In this document: positions 1 through 13,114 of the stretch, one piece after another
Layout of the letters: every line of letters starts with the position of its first letter
Numbering within the stretch: the stretch's first letter is position 1
Assembly (NCBI GenBank): GCA_030295235.1
Contig: AP026141.1
Span: 124,001 to 188,000 of the forward strand
Length of the DNA: 64,000 nucleotides
Reading direction: 5' to 3'
DNA from: Fistulifera solaris
Lineage: Eukaryota
Program-made: the position numbers and the translations under genes
The notes under the pieces: model-generated
What the model was told of the DNA's origin: nothing
What the model saw: only the letters and a program-made list of their open reading frames with translations
Database searches by the model: none

Positions 1-823
1 TTTCTGATATCAGTTGGGGCGATGAGTCGACGGGAGAACTTTTGTTTATTGCACGGTCCGGGCATTTGACACAATTCGATATCGAAACACAACAATCCAT
101 TCGAACACTACCACTGGAATCACCATCGTCGTCGTTACCCCGTCTGCAATGGGATCCCCACGCGAATGGCCACGCGGTGGCCGTCTCGGCCGGGAAACGG
201 GTGCATCTTTTGGATTGGCGGACCGATACCTCCATTCCGACCGGGACAGTCGATGCCTTTGTGGCACATCGACGACCGGGATGTGTCACGGCCTTGGATT
301 ACAATCCCAATAAACCCTACGTGTTGGCGACTGGAGGGCAAGATGGATTAGTGCAATTTTGGGATTTGCGTTTAACGAATCGGCCTTTGTTGGTGGCGCG
401 GGGAGGGTACGTTCTTTGTCCTGTTGTGTTTGAAAGCCGGTATACGCGTCGACGATGACTCACTTTCTTTAACTCTGGTTGCCGTTTGAATTCAGCCACT
501 CGCACTGGATATCATCTTTGCAATACAATCCATTTCACGATCAGTTGGTTCTTTCGTCCGGAACCGATTCAATCGCCAATTTGTGGCGCATGAGTACCAT
601 TTCCAGTGCACCCTTATTGACCAACGATGCCGATGTTCCCGACGACGACGCATCGGAAACGGCGGGACCCAATGCTCGGATCGCCCGACACGAACACGTG
701 GATGCCATCTACAGTTCTTGCTGGTCCGCGGCGGATGCGTGGGTGTATCTGTCGTTGGGGTATGATGGAAAAGTGCAATGTCATTCGGTGCCGAGTAAAG
801 AGAAGTACAAAATTCTGCTTTAA
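1..823 (+). CDS. EIPR1: 3' part of WD40 protein EIPR1/TSSC1 (EARP/GARP-interacting protein); intron 407-495
   Basis: WD40 repeats (LDYNPNKPYVLATGGQDGLVQFWD, GHSHWISSLQYNPFHDQLVLSSGTD) and the C-terminal VPSKEKYKILL typical of this family. A GT...AG intron joins the two ORFs in frame. Confidence 0.8.
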
Positions 824-1894
824 TAATTAAAAAAAAGAATAGCTGCTAAACGACAACAGAAACAGTTTACTGCTTGTAGGGGGTTATAATAAAATGTGTC
901 GCTAGTATTGGTGAGCTCTCTGGAGAGGAATTTCGACGTGCATGCCTTATCAAATGCTAAGCAACGTTTTCCTTCCAGTTGACTGAAATGCCAAAAAAGA
1001 AGATGACAGGAAGCGTTAGTATCAGTACGACGATGTTGTCAATTATTAGAATCGATCGAAAGGAACTTCGAACACAATTGAATTTTCCATTTGCTCCGAT
1101 TGCAGTTAAAAAGCTTAATTTTGGTAACCCTCATGGAAAAGGTCAGGCCGAATCAATGGTTTTACCGTTTCGTCCTTGCAAAGAAAAAATACAGAATTGC
1201 TTCGATCGTTCCTTTCAAAGACGATGCATTCTTCGAAAAAAAAGGCGTACCTGTGGCGTTCCTTTTCTTCGATTTTGCTTGTAGTAGATTAGACTCTTCT
1301 CTCTCTTCTAACACGAAGCGGAATTCCGGAGAAACAAATTCATTCCCACGTAATGAATCGAACTCAAAATAAGTACAACGATGACTTGTAATGGCCATTG
1401 AAATTGTCCCGTTACAACGGAGAAAAGCAGCGATAACAAAAAGAAGGCAGACGCAACGACGCCGGCTGCCGTCTGAATTTCCTTCATTCTGTTGTCGTTT
1501 CTACCCTTTGTTTTCGTTTGGTAAATTAAATCGAATTAAATCATATTAGCTAAATTTAACTGATGCGAAGAGGAGGGCAACTCGCATCAAAGCAAAGCAA
1601 TAATCGAATGGGGGTTGTGTTATGCGTTATTTTGCATGTGGTGGTCGCGTCGCTGGTCGCTGCGTTATGGTTAGTTCCGCGACTTGAAATCAATGAGTCG
1701 TGGAAACTCTTTCTGCTTATAGATACCGTAAGTATGCCAAAATGCCGGTTTTACCTGCCACCACGCCTCGAGATGGCGTATAATTTCATTCCTTTTTTCT
1801 TCCCTATCCAACAAGTCATTTGAACGTATATCCTCGGAAACGACTGCGATGAAAAGTGGCCGAAGATGATTGCATACAACGACGAAATCAATGG

Positions 1895-2370
1895 TTCGTG
1901 ACTGATGCAGTCGTGAAAAAGGTAATATACATTTTGGATGATAGTAAAATCAAGCTGAACGATCCGCATGGCTTTTGGATGTGAAAGACAGAAGATTCCA
2001 TTTCAATTGGTATTGTAGACATTGGAAGGGTGATAAAGATATAAAAAATAAAAAAAACAGGTTCGGTGAAGGTATGGCTCGACATATTTACTTCATGACT
2101 GAATTGCAGTCTCGGAGAAAAACCGACGACACATTGGACGATAGTAAATGATGAAGAATACAATCATCAATGCGTATTGATGTAAATTGGCAAAAAATCC
2201 ATATCAAATGCTCGCTGATTTCATTTCATTGACCCATCAACTAATGTAGCCTATCAATCATTTAGAACAAACAGATGGCTTGGTGGCAGTTTGACACGGA
2301 AAATTCATGACTCGTGACTGAATTGCAGTCATGGTTTGCCTGAACCAACACTTTTAGCCTATAGTAAAAT
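1895..2370 (+). repeat. Three diverged copies of a ~58-nt dispersed motif (TTCRTGACTGAAWTGCAGTC...ACAYWTTGGA..ATAGTAAA)
   Basis: Copies at 1895-1950, 2092-2149 and 2312-2370. The ATAGTAAA anchors sit at 1941, 2141 and 2361. Confidence 0.7.
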
Positions 2371-2555
2371 TGGAAGTGAACTATGAGCCGTCGGAAATAA
2401 CCTACAAGCTGCGAAAAAGGCAAAAAGCTGGATTCGATAAGCTCATGCAAGTAGAATAGAAACCACATTTATAATCAGCTACAAAAACGGTAGTATATTC
2501 ATTATGATCAATGCGACAAAACGTTATTTAGAGCCAAAAAGCGTGTTAATCTTCG

Positions 2556-3561
2556 CTAGGAACACGGCAGACAAACGACGGGATACGATCGCACCAGTTC
2601 GTACAACCAATCCAAATTCACTTCATCTTCTGTTGTTCGTGATGACGCGTACAGCAACGCCGGTGGCAGTTGAGTGACGGGATCGATGACATCGTACGAG
2701 ACGGTCACTAGTTGTTTCATGTCGGATTCATTTGTGCTGTGCTGCAACGCGTAATGCAAGGGCAGTCGCTGGTGTCGATGGTCCCGCGTCGTTCTTTGTT
2801 GGTCCACGCGCTGTAACAGATAAGATATCAGTGTCGGCCATGGTGTTCCTTCGTGCCAACGGGGAGGCCGACACGAAGCCGTGGCTTGTGCCGCCGCATG
2901 CAAGAGAAAAGGATACCGTTCTTGTAACACACGGTCATCCAACTTTTTGAACAATATCCGCAACACCAGCGGTGGACACTCGGGCGATTGACACATCGTG
3001 TACACATCGCCTGTCTGCAACAACAGTAACGCGTATTCCAAAAATTGCTGCGGCGATATAATCGTCAACCACGATTGTTGGGTGTCATGGCGAGGCGGTA
3101 GATCGTACAATTCCCAATTCCGGGCCCACTGAAAGCGCAACACATTGTGATAAAGAAGCGTGATGGGTCGATCGCCGTGTTGTGACAAGGCATTGTCGGG
3201 CGTCAGCAGCAATTGCAAGACCTTCCGATCCATGGTCATGGCGTGTTGTAAATAAATGTGCAGTGGCAAATTGCCGTCGAGCATGGGCATTTCCCGCAAA
3301 GACGGCTCAATTTCGAGTAACGCCTGTAGCACGGAAAGAACATGATACGAATTGCGAAAGACGGCGACATGCAGTGGCGTGACACCCGTACTCGGTATTT
3401 GCCATTTAACTGAGTGTTGTTTATGATAATCACGAATGGAATCTCCTGTCGTCGAATGTCGACCTACCAAATGATGCAATTCATAAAGGCTCTCGGAGGC
3501 CCGTTGTCGTACAGCCGTTTCGCTCAAAAAAAGGCGACAATATTCGTTCGCTTGTCAACAT
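2556..3561 (-). CDS. Ankyrin-repeat-like protein
   Basis: 323-aa ORF with GVTPLHVAV, GNLPLHIYL and RLPLHYAL ankyrin-like motifs and a diatom-type C-terminus (LYELVRSYP). Probable ATG at 3561, separated by a homopolymer frameshift. Confidence 0.65.
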
Positions 3562-4374
3562 GGTGTATTGTTTCTATGAGTTAATGGCAATGATTCTATG
3601 TACATGAGCTGCTTTTGTTTGTTGCGTGTACAATGAGCTAATGATGGAGTAGGTGTTTGTTATGTTTTACGAGGATGCAAAGAACAAAGAATAAGAATGA
3701 GTCACATCCGATGATCCGAATGTTTCCCCATGACGCGCGATCTTGAAACATGAGAAGCCTCTATAGGCGTTCAAGCTTTCCCTTACCTTATTCAATGAGA
3801 ACGAAGAAAAATGCTAGCTAGAGCATCAACAATGTCAGAACCAAGACACTTTTTTTCTCTTTGGTGTGATTGCCGTGATGTTTTGTGGGATGATGAGAAT
3901 CCATCACCCAAATTCGCGACGAAAGACAACGGAAAACGAGAAAATGACGTCAACGACATGTGTATCGCCTTATAGAGTACACAAGAACCACGTCACCATG
4001 GCAAAAACATCCTTTCGCACTTGGAACGAGCAACGTCGCTCGGTCGACACCGATGCGACCAAACGTTGATTTTAAGTCAGTCATGAGCAGGAATGCGGGG
4101 TCATTCGTTTTGTACACGTGGAACGCACAGACTTGCAACCCCGTTTTTTTTCGTGATGGACCGCGAAAGGAACGTCACAGCCGCTCATTGCATTGTTTGT
4201 TGCATCGCATGATTGGTTGCTTTGCTAACTGTCTCTTTTATTTGGCGCTTCCAGTCTCTAGTTATTAATAAAGATCTGTTGTAGCAGCGATAATAACAGC
4301 AAAAAACGGGATTTTGCAACGACTGACTTTAGAAAAAAGCCTTGACTCCGAAACTGAGAAAATCGGCAACAACA

Positions 4375-7347
4375 ATGTGGAGAATCACGTGGCTTTTATT
4401 AGCGCCTCTGTTACTACTGGGCCAAGCCGAAGCACGCGCAATATTGGGCATTGATTTGGGCAGTGTCTATATGAAAGTCGCCTTGGTGCAATCGGGAAGT
4501 CCGCTCGAAATTGTCACCAATTTACATTCGAAACGAAAAACGGAACAAATGATTCTCTTTGATGGAAAAGATCAGCAACGATTTTATGGAGCCGATGCGG
4601 ATGCTTTGTTGGCACGGAAAGCCGCCAGTACACCCACCAGTATGAGTGTCATGTTGGGACGGGAGGAACAACATCCGGCCGTCAAAGTACGTCTGTTGTT
4701 ACTATATTATAGTATGTTGCGTCGATCTTTCGTTCCTTCTTTCTCACACCATGCCCCCTTTAGGTCCTCGCGGAACGATATTTACCCGTTACGCCCTATT
4801 ACAACGAAACGCGGTTGGGTTTGTCGGTGCAACTCGGCAAGAAAGAGACAGATCCTATCTACACACCCGAAGAATTAGTGGCCATGGTGTTACAACATGC
4901 CGTGGACATTAGTACCGCGTACGCGGCCGAACAGGGTCACGCCAGCATGTTGCCTCCGAAAGATATTGTCATTACCGTTCCATCTTTTGCGACGCAGCGG
5001 GAGCGTATGGCCTTGTTGGATGCCGCGGCGTTGGTGGATTTGAATGTCTTGCTCTTAATTGATGACAATACGGCGGCCGCATTACAATACAGTATGGACA
5101 AGACGTTCGCGGATGCGACCAACGAGCATTCGGAAGATCAGTGGATTCTGTTTTACAATGTGGGAGCGACTTCGGTGCAAGCCACATTGGTGCACTTTTA
5201 TTCGTATTTGCAGCCACAAAAGTACGGAAAGCCGAAGCGTGTCCCCACCGCTGAAGTTGTCGCCAAAGCGTGGGATGCCACCGCCGGTGGCTTGGCCTTG
5301 GATCATGTTTTGGTAGAACATTTGGCCAACGCCTTTGAACAGCAAAATCCGCAAATGCAGGGTCTCCGTGAGAATGTCCGGGCCATGACCAAGTTGCGCA
5401 TTCAAGCCAATAAGATCAAGCACGTATTGAGCGCCAATGCGGATATTCCCATTACTTTGGACGCCTTGCACAATGATGCCCCGTTGCAGCAACACATGAC
5501 GCGTGCGGAATTGGAGACTCTGGCGGCTCCTTTGATTCAACGGGCCGTGCAACCCGCCTTGGATTGTTTGAAGCGCGCGAATAAGACCATTGCGGATTTG
5601 ACGGCCGTCGAATTGATTGGTGGAGGTATGCGTGTTCCAGCCATTCAGAGTGGTTTGCAGGCAGCGTTGGGAGTGGAGGAACTTGGTTTGCATATGAATT
5701 CGGATGAAAGTATGGCCTTGGGAGCGGCGTTTGCGGGTGCCAATCACAGCACAGCGTTCCGTGTACGACACATTGGTCTGGTGGACGTGTGTCCCTTTGC
5801 TTATCAAGTTACTCTCACGGATCTAAACCCTGATAAAAAAAGCCGACGAGTGGAAGAAGCAGACCACCATGTTCAAATCCTTTGGGAAATTGGGCATCAA
5901 AAAGACGATTACCTTCACTCACGAGGCGGATTGTCTGTGCCAGTTGGACTATGCCGAGGATGCGGAGCATGTTGGTTTGCTACCGGAAGGAACGGAGCGT
6001 TCGTTAGTTGAATACTCTATCACGGGCATTGCTGACTTTGCGACCAAAATGAAAGAAAAGGGAGCTCCCAAGGTTTCGTTGCAGTTTGAGTTGACCGCGT
6101 CGGGTATCGCGCACCTCGTCAAGGCGGAGGCGTCTGTCGAGGAAACGTACATGGCACAAGAAGAAATCGAAGTGGACGATGAAGAGGCCGCAACGGAGGA
6201 GGAAGCTGCCGAACCGGCCAAAGACAAGGCCGAAAACGCTGCATCAGGTAAAGATGAAGCTTCGGAAAGTACTTCTGAGAATAAAGATGCCGAAAAAGCG
6301 GACGAGACTGACAAAAGACCGAGGATGATAAGAACAAAGAAAAGTCTAAGGACAAAAAACCAAAAGCAAAGCCTAAGAAACGCATTACAGTAGAAAAGGT
6401 ACGTTCGTATCATGGCAACAATATCTACTCGCTGTGCTCACTGTTTTGACTCACGCACTTAGTTGTTCGGTACCTTCCACAAACCACCCGCCTTTGTTTC
6501 CAAAGGAAAAAACGCGCATCATCAAAGAAACTCTGACCGTGACAGCGCGAAACAAGGGCAAAGTCCAACCCTTGACTCCGGAACTCATGGAAGCGTCGCG
6601 CGCCAAACTCGCGGCTCTGGCCGAAAAGACAAGCTTCGCATCCTCCGAGAGGAAACTCGCAACAAATTAGAATCGTATATTTACAAAATCAAAAATACTA
6701 TCCAAGATGTGGAGGGAATCAAAGAGGTTGCCACCGAAGAACAACTGCAGGAGTGCATGGATTTGGCCTTGGCTGCACAAGAATGGATGGATGACGATGG
6801 GTACGGTGCGGACATTGCTTCGATGGAGCAAAAGTACACGACTGTTTCGGATCCGTTCGAAAAGATTTTGTTTCGATACAAAGAGAAAGAAGCTAGACCA
6901 GCGGCAGTGGCTGCCTTACAAAAGCAACTAACGGATATCGAAAAACTGATGGAAAACTGGTCGACCAGCAAACCCCAAGTAACGGAGGCTGAACGGGCCG
7001 AGGTCTTGGAAGAGGTGGAACTGGTCAAAAAGTGGTTAGCCGAGAAAGAATCGGAACAATCCTCGAAACAACCTCATGAAGAGCCTGCCTTCACAAGCGC
7101 GGAGGTTCCCAAAATGATTCGAACGGCCGAAAAGAAGATTTTACTGCTGAGCAAGAAGCCGAAACCGAAGCCACCAAAGAAAGAGAAGAATGAAACCAAA
7201 GCGGAAAATGAAACCGCCACGGAAGGAGAAAGTTCTGAATCATCCGCCGACGGTTCGGCCGAACAACCAGTGGACGAAAAACCTTCGGAGGATGCTGGTG
7301 AGCCAAAGGCGGACTCGACCGAGGCAGATCCCAGTGATGAACTATAA
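4375..7347 (+). CDS. HYOU1: ER-luminal Hsp70-family nucleotide exchange factor GRP170/HYOU1
   Basis: Signal peptide, ILGIDLG, ELIGGGMRVP, NSDESMALGAA, RNKLESYIY and a C-terminal SDEL ER-retention signal. Introns at ~4687-4763 and ~6399-6505; several 1-nt frameshifts. Confidence 0.9.
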
Positions 7348-8716
7348 TCGATAAAAATAATCAATGCTCTTACTATTCTTTTTAGACTTTGTGAATGTGT
7401 TTGTTATCTTTGTCTTTCTAAAGAGATTGTCTCGTCTCCCTTTTGTCGACTATGATGGCAATGGCAAGTGTTTGAGACGTGCAGCGTGCAGTAGCGGAAA
7501 GTCAAGTCTTGTTTACATAGGGATAGCTGACGTAAGTATAGGTAACGGTTGGAAAGCTCGCTATCTTTGGACAGTTTCCGTTGTGTTATCGTGTGTTTAA
7601 ATACGCAAAAAAAGGTTGTTCTATAGCTAATGAAATTGTTCATTTCGACCTAGTGTTCAATGGACTATAGATGGACGTTGTAGTCGTGTTTGTTCCGTTG
7701 AAGAGAAACAAAGAAATTTCCAGAGAGCGTTCTTTCCCACCCCTCATTCCCACTCAAACTCCGCCATTCACCGACGACCTCATCGAGAAACCCCTCCACT
7801 TTCTTTTTCAAGACGACATTTGTCATCGCTTATCATTTGTTTTCAAAGTGTAAGTTTTATTGAATCAATAAATAATCTTTTGAACGACAACGTGCCTTGT
7901 GAAAGAGTGCTGCCATGCTTCAAATCTCGGCTCATCGTGGACGACGGAGGAGTTTGGGTAGGCCGTTGTGAGTACCGTATAAAAATTCATCACTATGGGA
8001 CCGCCGATCCGTTGTTCCAACTAGTCTAAGTAAAAAACGTGGCAACCGATGGAGCCCTCCGATTTTGAAATCGACCATGACGATATTCATCGCGTTTGAC
8101 GCAACTATCCGACCTTTTCATCCAATTCGATTGCAAAAAGCTACACGTGATACATTTGGATAACTCTTGGGCGCTTTACCTTTCGAGTTCATCATTTTTT
8201 CGTCGTATTTTCGTTGTTTCTGCACCCGTGACTAACATTGACCCTCTTTAACCTTTTTTCATCTCTTAATCAACGTTTCCTTCCGTTTTGTCTCTCTCTT
8301 CCGATATTGTATGTGACATAATATTTCACAAAATGAATGGTGGTTTCGTTTGTTTCCGTGGAACTTGTCAACCCACTTTCGATCATGTGTGATTGTTTTC
8401 ACGCGGCGCGGTTTTGAATTTCTACGTGACGGCTGGTACATTTTCTACGACACAACAATGCTACCGTTTCGCAACCGACACACGCTCTGCTGCTCGAAAC
8501 TATTATCACAATTCACATCGCTATCACTTTCATTTATACATTTCCATCCAGTTCTATCCACCCGCCTCATCACCACAACAATCCCTGTCTCTCTTTGGCT
8601 CTCATAATCATTCGGAAAACGCAATTCCTGCTATCATATCAAACAAAACATCATGCAGACGAAGAATCAGCCCTCGCCCTGTCGTGGCTTTTTCTCTTTC
8701 GGCTCCCCCCGGATTC

Positions 8717-10736
8717 ATGGTTCCTCCCTGCTTAGCCACGGATCCTCTGCAAGGATCACCGGAAAAGCCGATTCGAAATCTCACTGAAGCCTTTGAAGCA
8801 TTGTACAGTGACGACTCGATGGTCTCTCCGACGGGAGTCACCGATGATTTGGAGCAAACAGAGACGAAAGCTTTAACATTTCGACTGCATCCCGATTTGC
8901 AGCGTGATTTGACGGAACATCATTTACAACGAGTTTCCCTTTATAGTCTCGTGCATGATATTAATAAGGAAGCTGCCGCAATGTATGCGCAAGATCCTTT
9001 GTACAGCTCAACGAATCATCCTCCCGAGGAAGGCGTGGATTCTCCTTTGATTCAGTACATCAACGGCGGTACCTATGAACCGAAACAGGATTCGAATCCT
9101 AAGTTTGCCATTATCGACGAAGAGCAATGGCTGCTTTCCACGATAGCACAACGTTCCTCCGAAGAAGTGGCCACTCTCAGTGTCTCGCAGTGTCCTTCAA
9201 CCTTTTACAAGCCATGGGGGAACGAGAATACGAGAATACTCTGGCAACTACTCGAACACAACTGTGGAAACCGAGTCGATCGTGGTGGGAAGCCAAATCG
9301 GGCAAGAATCCTTGGATTGAACCCATTAGTCACAACAAGCGCTGGCGGTACGTTGGCAGGTAGTGTGTATTTCAATCTACATTGTTGACTCTGTTTTCTC
9401 ACTTTTATCAACGCAGATATTTATGGCCGTTGATTCATTACCACAAATTTCTAGCAAAATGCATCAAGAAACTGAGGCGAAACGGTATTGATGTCAAACA
9501 GGCAACCTCTCCGCTGGCGGTCTTTTTGAGGGAGGAAGTTTGTGCCATTTCCGATCATCTGGCCGCAGTTTCTTTGTTTGGTTCGGAAGAATGGATGGCT
9601 TGTCTGGTTCATTTCACGGGATGGATCAATACATCGGAAGAGGTGGAACACCAATATCGAAAACTTGTCTCGAAGATGCCGCTTCGTTCGATCGAGGAAC
9701 CAGGAGATATCAAAAGTCCACTGCTGCGCAGTCAAATTGAGGATCATTTTCTGCGAGCCATCATTGCACATCGAGAACAAATACGTGAGTCTTTCAAGCC
9801 GGAAAAGTCAAAGAATGGAACGGAAAGCACGGTCGAGCCAACATTAGGGGACTCGGCAGTACCCCCACCTCGGGGAGGTTCCATTCCCACACAAATTCAT
9901 GGCGTCCGACGTCCTCGCTATTACACCTGGTGGAATGGGAGTAAATGGGAACAATCCATGCCGGCACCCGACAATTCATCGGTCCACTCGGCGTTGTCGA
10001 GTGATAGTTTTGTACACAATGGCCATTCAACGCAAATGTACGGACTTTATCCCATGCCCCCCTACGCCTACGGTCCTCCACCACCCCACGGGTCGGAGTC
10101 GCAATGGTCCGATGGAACGGACCCGATGGCGTATCCTCCGCCCATGGAGGGCTATTATCCTGTGTACGGACCTGGTTACTATCATCCACACTTTTTGGCC
10201 GCTACACCCCTCACGGAGGAACCTCCCCATTCGCCGGATCAGAGCGATTCCGCATCAACGCCGGAGGAAGCAGTGCTGTATGCTTCGCCCTATTGGGCCC
10301 ACCTGGATCAAGCCACGCTTTCCATGGGACTGGCGACTCCGGGAAAAGCTTCTCCTGCGACACCACGTCGCAAGAATGAAAGTAACGAAAAGCGAGCTGT
10401 CCAAGTTCAAGGGCCACTCATCCGACAGCACTACTATGCTTATGCACCGGTAAGTTATCGTCATAACGATTTTCAACTTATTCTGTCCAGCCTTGCCTAA
10501 CAAAGTCTTTCCAGTATGCTCCGCCTAACGCGTACGGACCGCCCTCTCCCGCCACTCAGTTCATGATGACGCCACAAGCGAGCTTTGCTTATAAGTATGG
10601 TTACGGTACGCCACACCGGCCTCGCTCCACACCTCGTCGTAAGGGGAAATCAAACACGTCACCCAGAGTTGCGTCTCCCTCCGCGGTTCCCACTCCGGAG
10701 AACGTAAAGACTGGATCTGAATCGGAAACGATATAA
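8717..10736 (+). CDS. Uncharacterised protein with conserved core (LWKPSRSWWEAKSGKNPWIEP...WRYLWPLIHYHKFL) and Pro/Tyr-rich tail
   Basis: Consecutive ORFs joined by introns 9360-9416 and 10450-10514 and one frameshift near 9204. Confidence 0.7.
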
Positions 10737-10829
10737 GTTTCCACTAGAATAGGATCGATAGTAAATTTTGAAATAGAGTTATAAGAACATAATTGATGGC
10801 TAACAGTTGTATACATTTCTGGAACACGC

Positions 10830-11980
10830 TTAGATAGCGGGCGGTAAACGTGGCTTTTTGTGATGATAACAGCAGCGCTGCCAATGGTGAATCGTTTCGT
10901 TGAGAGCGGGAACCAGTGTCTCGTAGATAGATTCAATCGGTACGCAGACGTGTTGGGCACGTGCCTTTTGTCGTTGTTCCAATGTATCATGCCACAGATC
11001 TTGTACTCCAGTGTCAACGGCATGATAAAAGAGTCCGGCTGCCCCGGTGAGAGATCCATAAAAGCGAGGAACAAAGTAATGTTGCGGAAATATTTCATAC
11101 ACGTGCGCACATTTGGGCAGAAAGGGGATACTGACCAGCTGTGCACCATGAGGACTGATCAATACATCGGTCTGTTGCATGGTTTGTATTTGCTGTTCGA
11201 ACGACGCTCCGTCAAAGGAATCGACCAATTGAACACGCGCGTGCAATTGCGATGCCAGTAATTCTTGCAAGGCCACGGCGTTGTACAAATGCCGACCACT
11301 GGAGACTTCTCGATTCAAAATGGTAATGCGCGGTTGTGGCAATTTCGACAAGTGACCGTGCGGGCCTTGACAACCGGCCATGGCGGGCCATTCGGGATGG
11401 CGTTCGCGGATGATCTCTTGCAGGTAGGCGAAATCACCCGGACTACGAACTTGATAGCCACCGGTAAAGTCCTCAGCATCAAAGGAATAATTCACCAAAG
11501 GATATACAATCGAATGTCCCTCTCGCGTGTCAACAAACTCGACACGAAAGACTTGTTGGAGTGTTTGTAAAAAGCCCGTGACAAAAGGAGATGTATTTTC
11601 GACTGGTGGCCAGAGAAAAATAGTGCGGTTTTTCCGGATTCCGTAACCACCACGAGAAGCATCGATAGATTTGCTGCATAATGTGCGGTAAATGCTTGGC
11701 GTCTTTGGAATGGCGTAAAAATCGGCATGTCGCATCTGTGTCAAGTTTATCATGCCAGTGCTGTAGACCGGGTCCTTCTACGAAATTAGGAACGGGCGAC
11801 GCTCGGGGAAAGTGGAATTCTTCTATTATGGGTTTGCGGTTGCTTTGCTGACAAACTGGTTGTTTATCTTCGTTTTGGGAAAGGGAAACACGTTTGTTGG
11901 GGTTCTGTGGACGGCTCAGCCAATACAATGTTATTATCAAAAGCCGCCGAAACGAAAGATAACTTTCGTTTCAGCGGCAT
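10830..11980 (-). CDS. Glycosyltransferase family 61 (DUF563)-like type II membrane protein
   Basis: PRITILNR...FEQQIQTMQQTDVLISPHGAQL...EIFP GT61 motifs and an N-terminal hydrophobic anchor. Frameshifts in the 5' part make the start approximate. Confidence 0.75.
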
Positions 11981-12199
11981 GGCATGGATAATGGAGTTGT
12001 TTCTTGGCATACTCTGATCTTGTGTTGTAATATATTTGACGTTATCAAATTACTTTCATCTTCTATAAAGCCTGATGCCACTAAGGAAAATAGAAGTGCG
12101 CGAAGAATCGATCCCGATGACTTGATTTTGATTGCCTAGGATGACCTTTTATATAAGGAAGATATAATACCGTTGCGATGTATTCTTTATTAAGTGCTG

Positions 12200-12463
12200 A
12201 TAAGTATACGTCAAAGTGTATGCGACCTTTTTCACGACTGCATTTCAGTCATGAATCATGATTTTGTCTAGCCAAAGTGCTCCCGAAAATCCTGTTCATC
12301 TTTCTGGCACGAGAAGCCTTTGATGGCTCTATACGATACTCTTACATCCTCATCAAATGCCTCGGTCACTGATGTCGAGACGACTTGCTAGTCGTAATCT
12401 GTATTTTCTATAAACGAAAGTGTTGATTCTACTAGACCACGACTGCATTTCAGTCATGAATCA
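12200..12463 (-). repeat. Two copies of the ~58-nt dispersed motif (inverted relative to the 1.9-2.4 kb copies)
   Basis: Identical 26-mer CACGACTGCATTTCAGTCATGAATCA at 12233 and 12438. Its reverse complement matches the motif at 1895-2370. Confidence 0.75.
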
Positions 12464-12616
12464 CCGTGTTCAACGGGATTGATATATCCGATGTTCGCAC
12501 CAAATTTATTCTTTACAATGAACATGACATAATCAGTACGAATGTCAGTTGATATTGTTAACGCTAGTATCAAAGATCTCTTGGTTGAGGGCGGTTTGTC
12601 ACGGTGTGGACAACTG

Positions 12617-13010
12617 CACAGATTTTCTGTGGTCTTTTATTTCCATCTGTCCAGATTTTCTGGGAGCGTGAAAACACAACTCGCCCAGATTTTTTGGACA
12701 AGTGAAAACAACAGTCGCCAAGATTTTCTGGACAAGTTAAAACCCAAACCCCCAGATTTTCTGTAAAGTAAAAACACAACTCGCCCAGATTTTCTGGACA
12801 AGTGAAAAACCCACACGCCCAAATATTTAAAAGCCCACCAGCCCAACACTCTCCCAGATTGTCTGGAGAAGTGAGAACACACACCCACAAATTTTTTTGT
12901 GGAGGCGAAATAATCACGCGCAAAGATTTTCCGCTGACGTGAAAACACACTCGCACATAATTCTGTGCACGTGAAAACATCACAAACACAGATTAACTGG
13001 ACAAATGAAA
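12617..13010 (+). repeat. Degenerate ~34-bp tandem repeat (CCCAGATTTTCTGGACAAGTGAAAACACAACTCG), ~11 units
   Basis: Recurring CCAGATTTTCTGG...GTGAAAA at ~33-35 bp period. Confidence 0.85.
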
Positions 13011-13114
13011 CATTGTTTTGGGTCGTAGCGAAATGCTGGACAAAGTGTTATTGGTCATGCTGCAATTCTTTGGAAGCTCAAGAAATTCTACAGAAGACAT
13101 AATTTCTGTATGAT

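Noticed and set aside
3940..4220. TGACGTCA, CACGTG and CCAAT-like words upstream of HYOU1 as UPR elements
   Set aside because: Short motifs without canonical ERSE/UPRE spacing; expected by chance.
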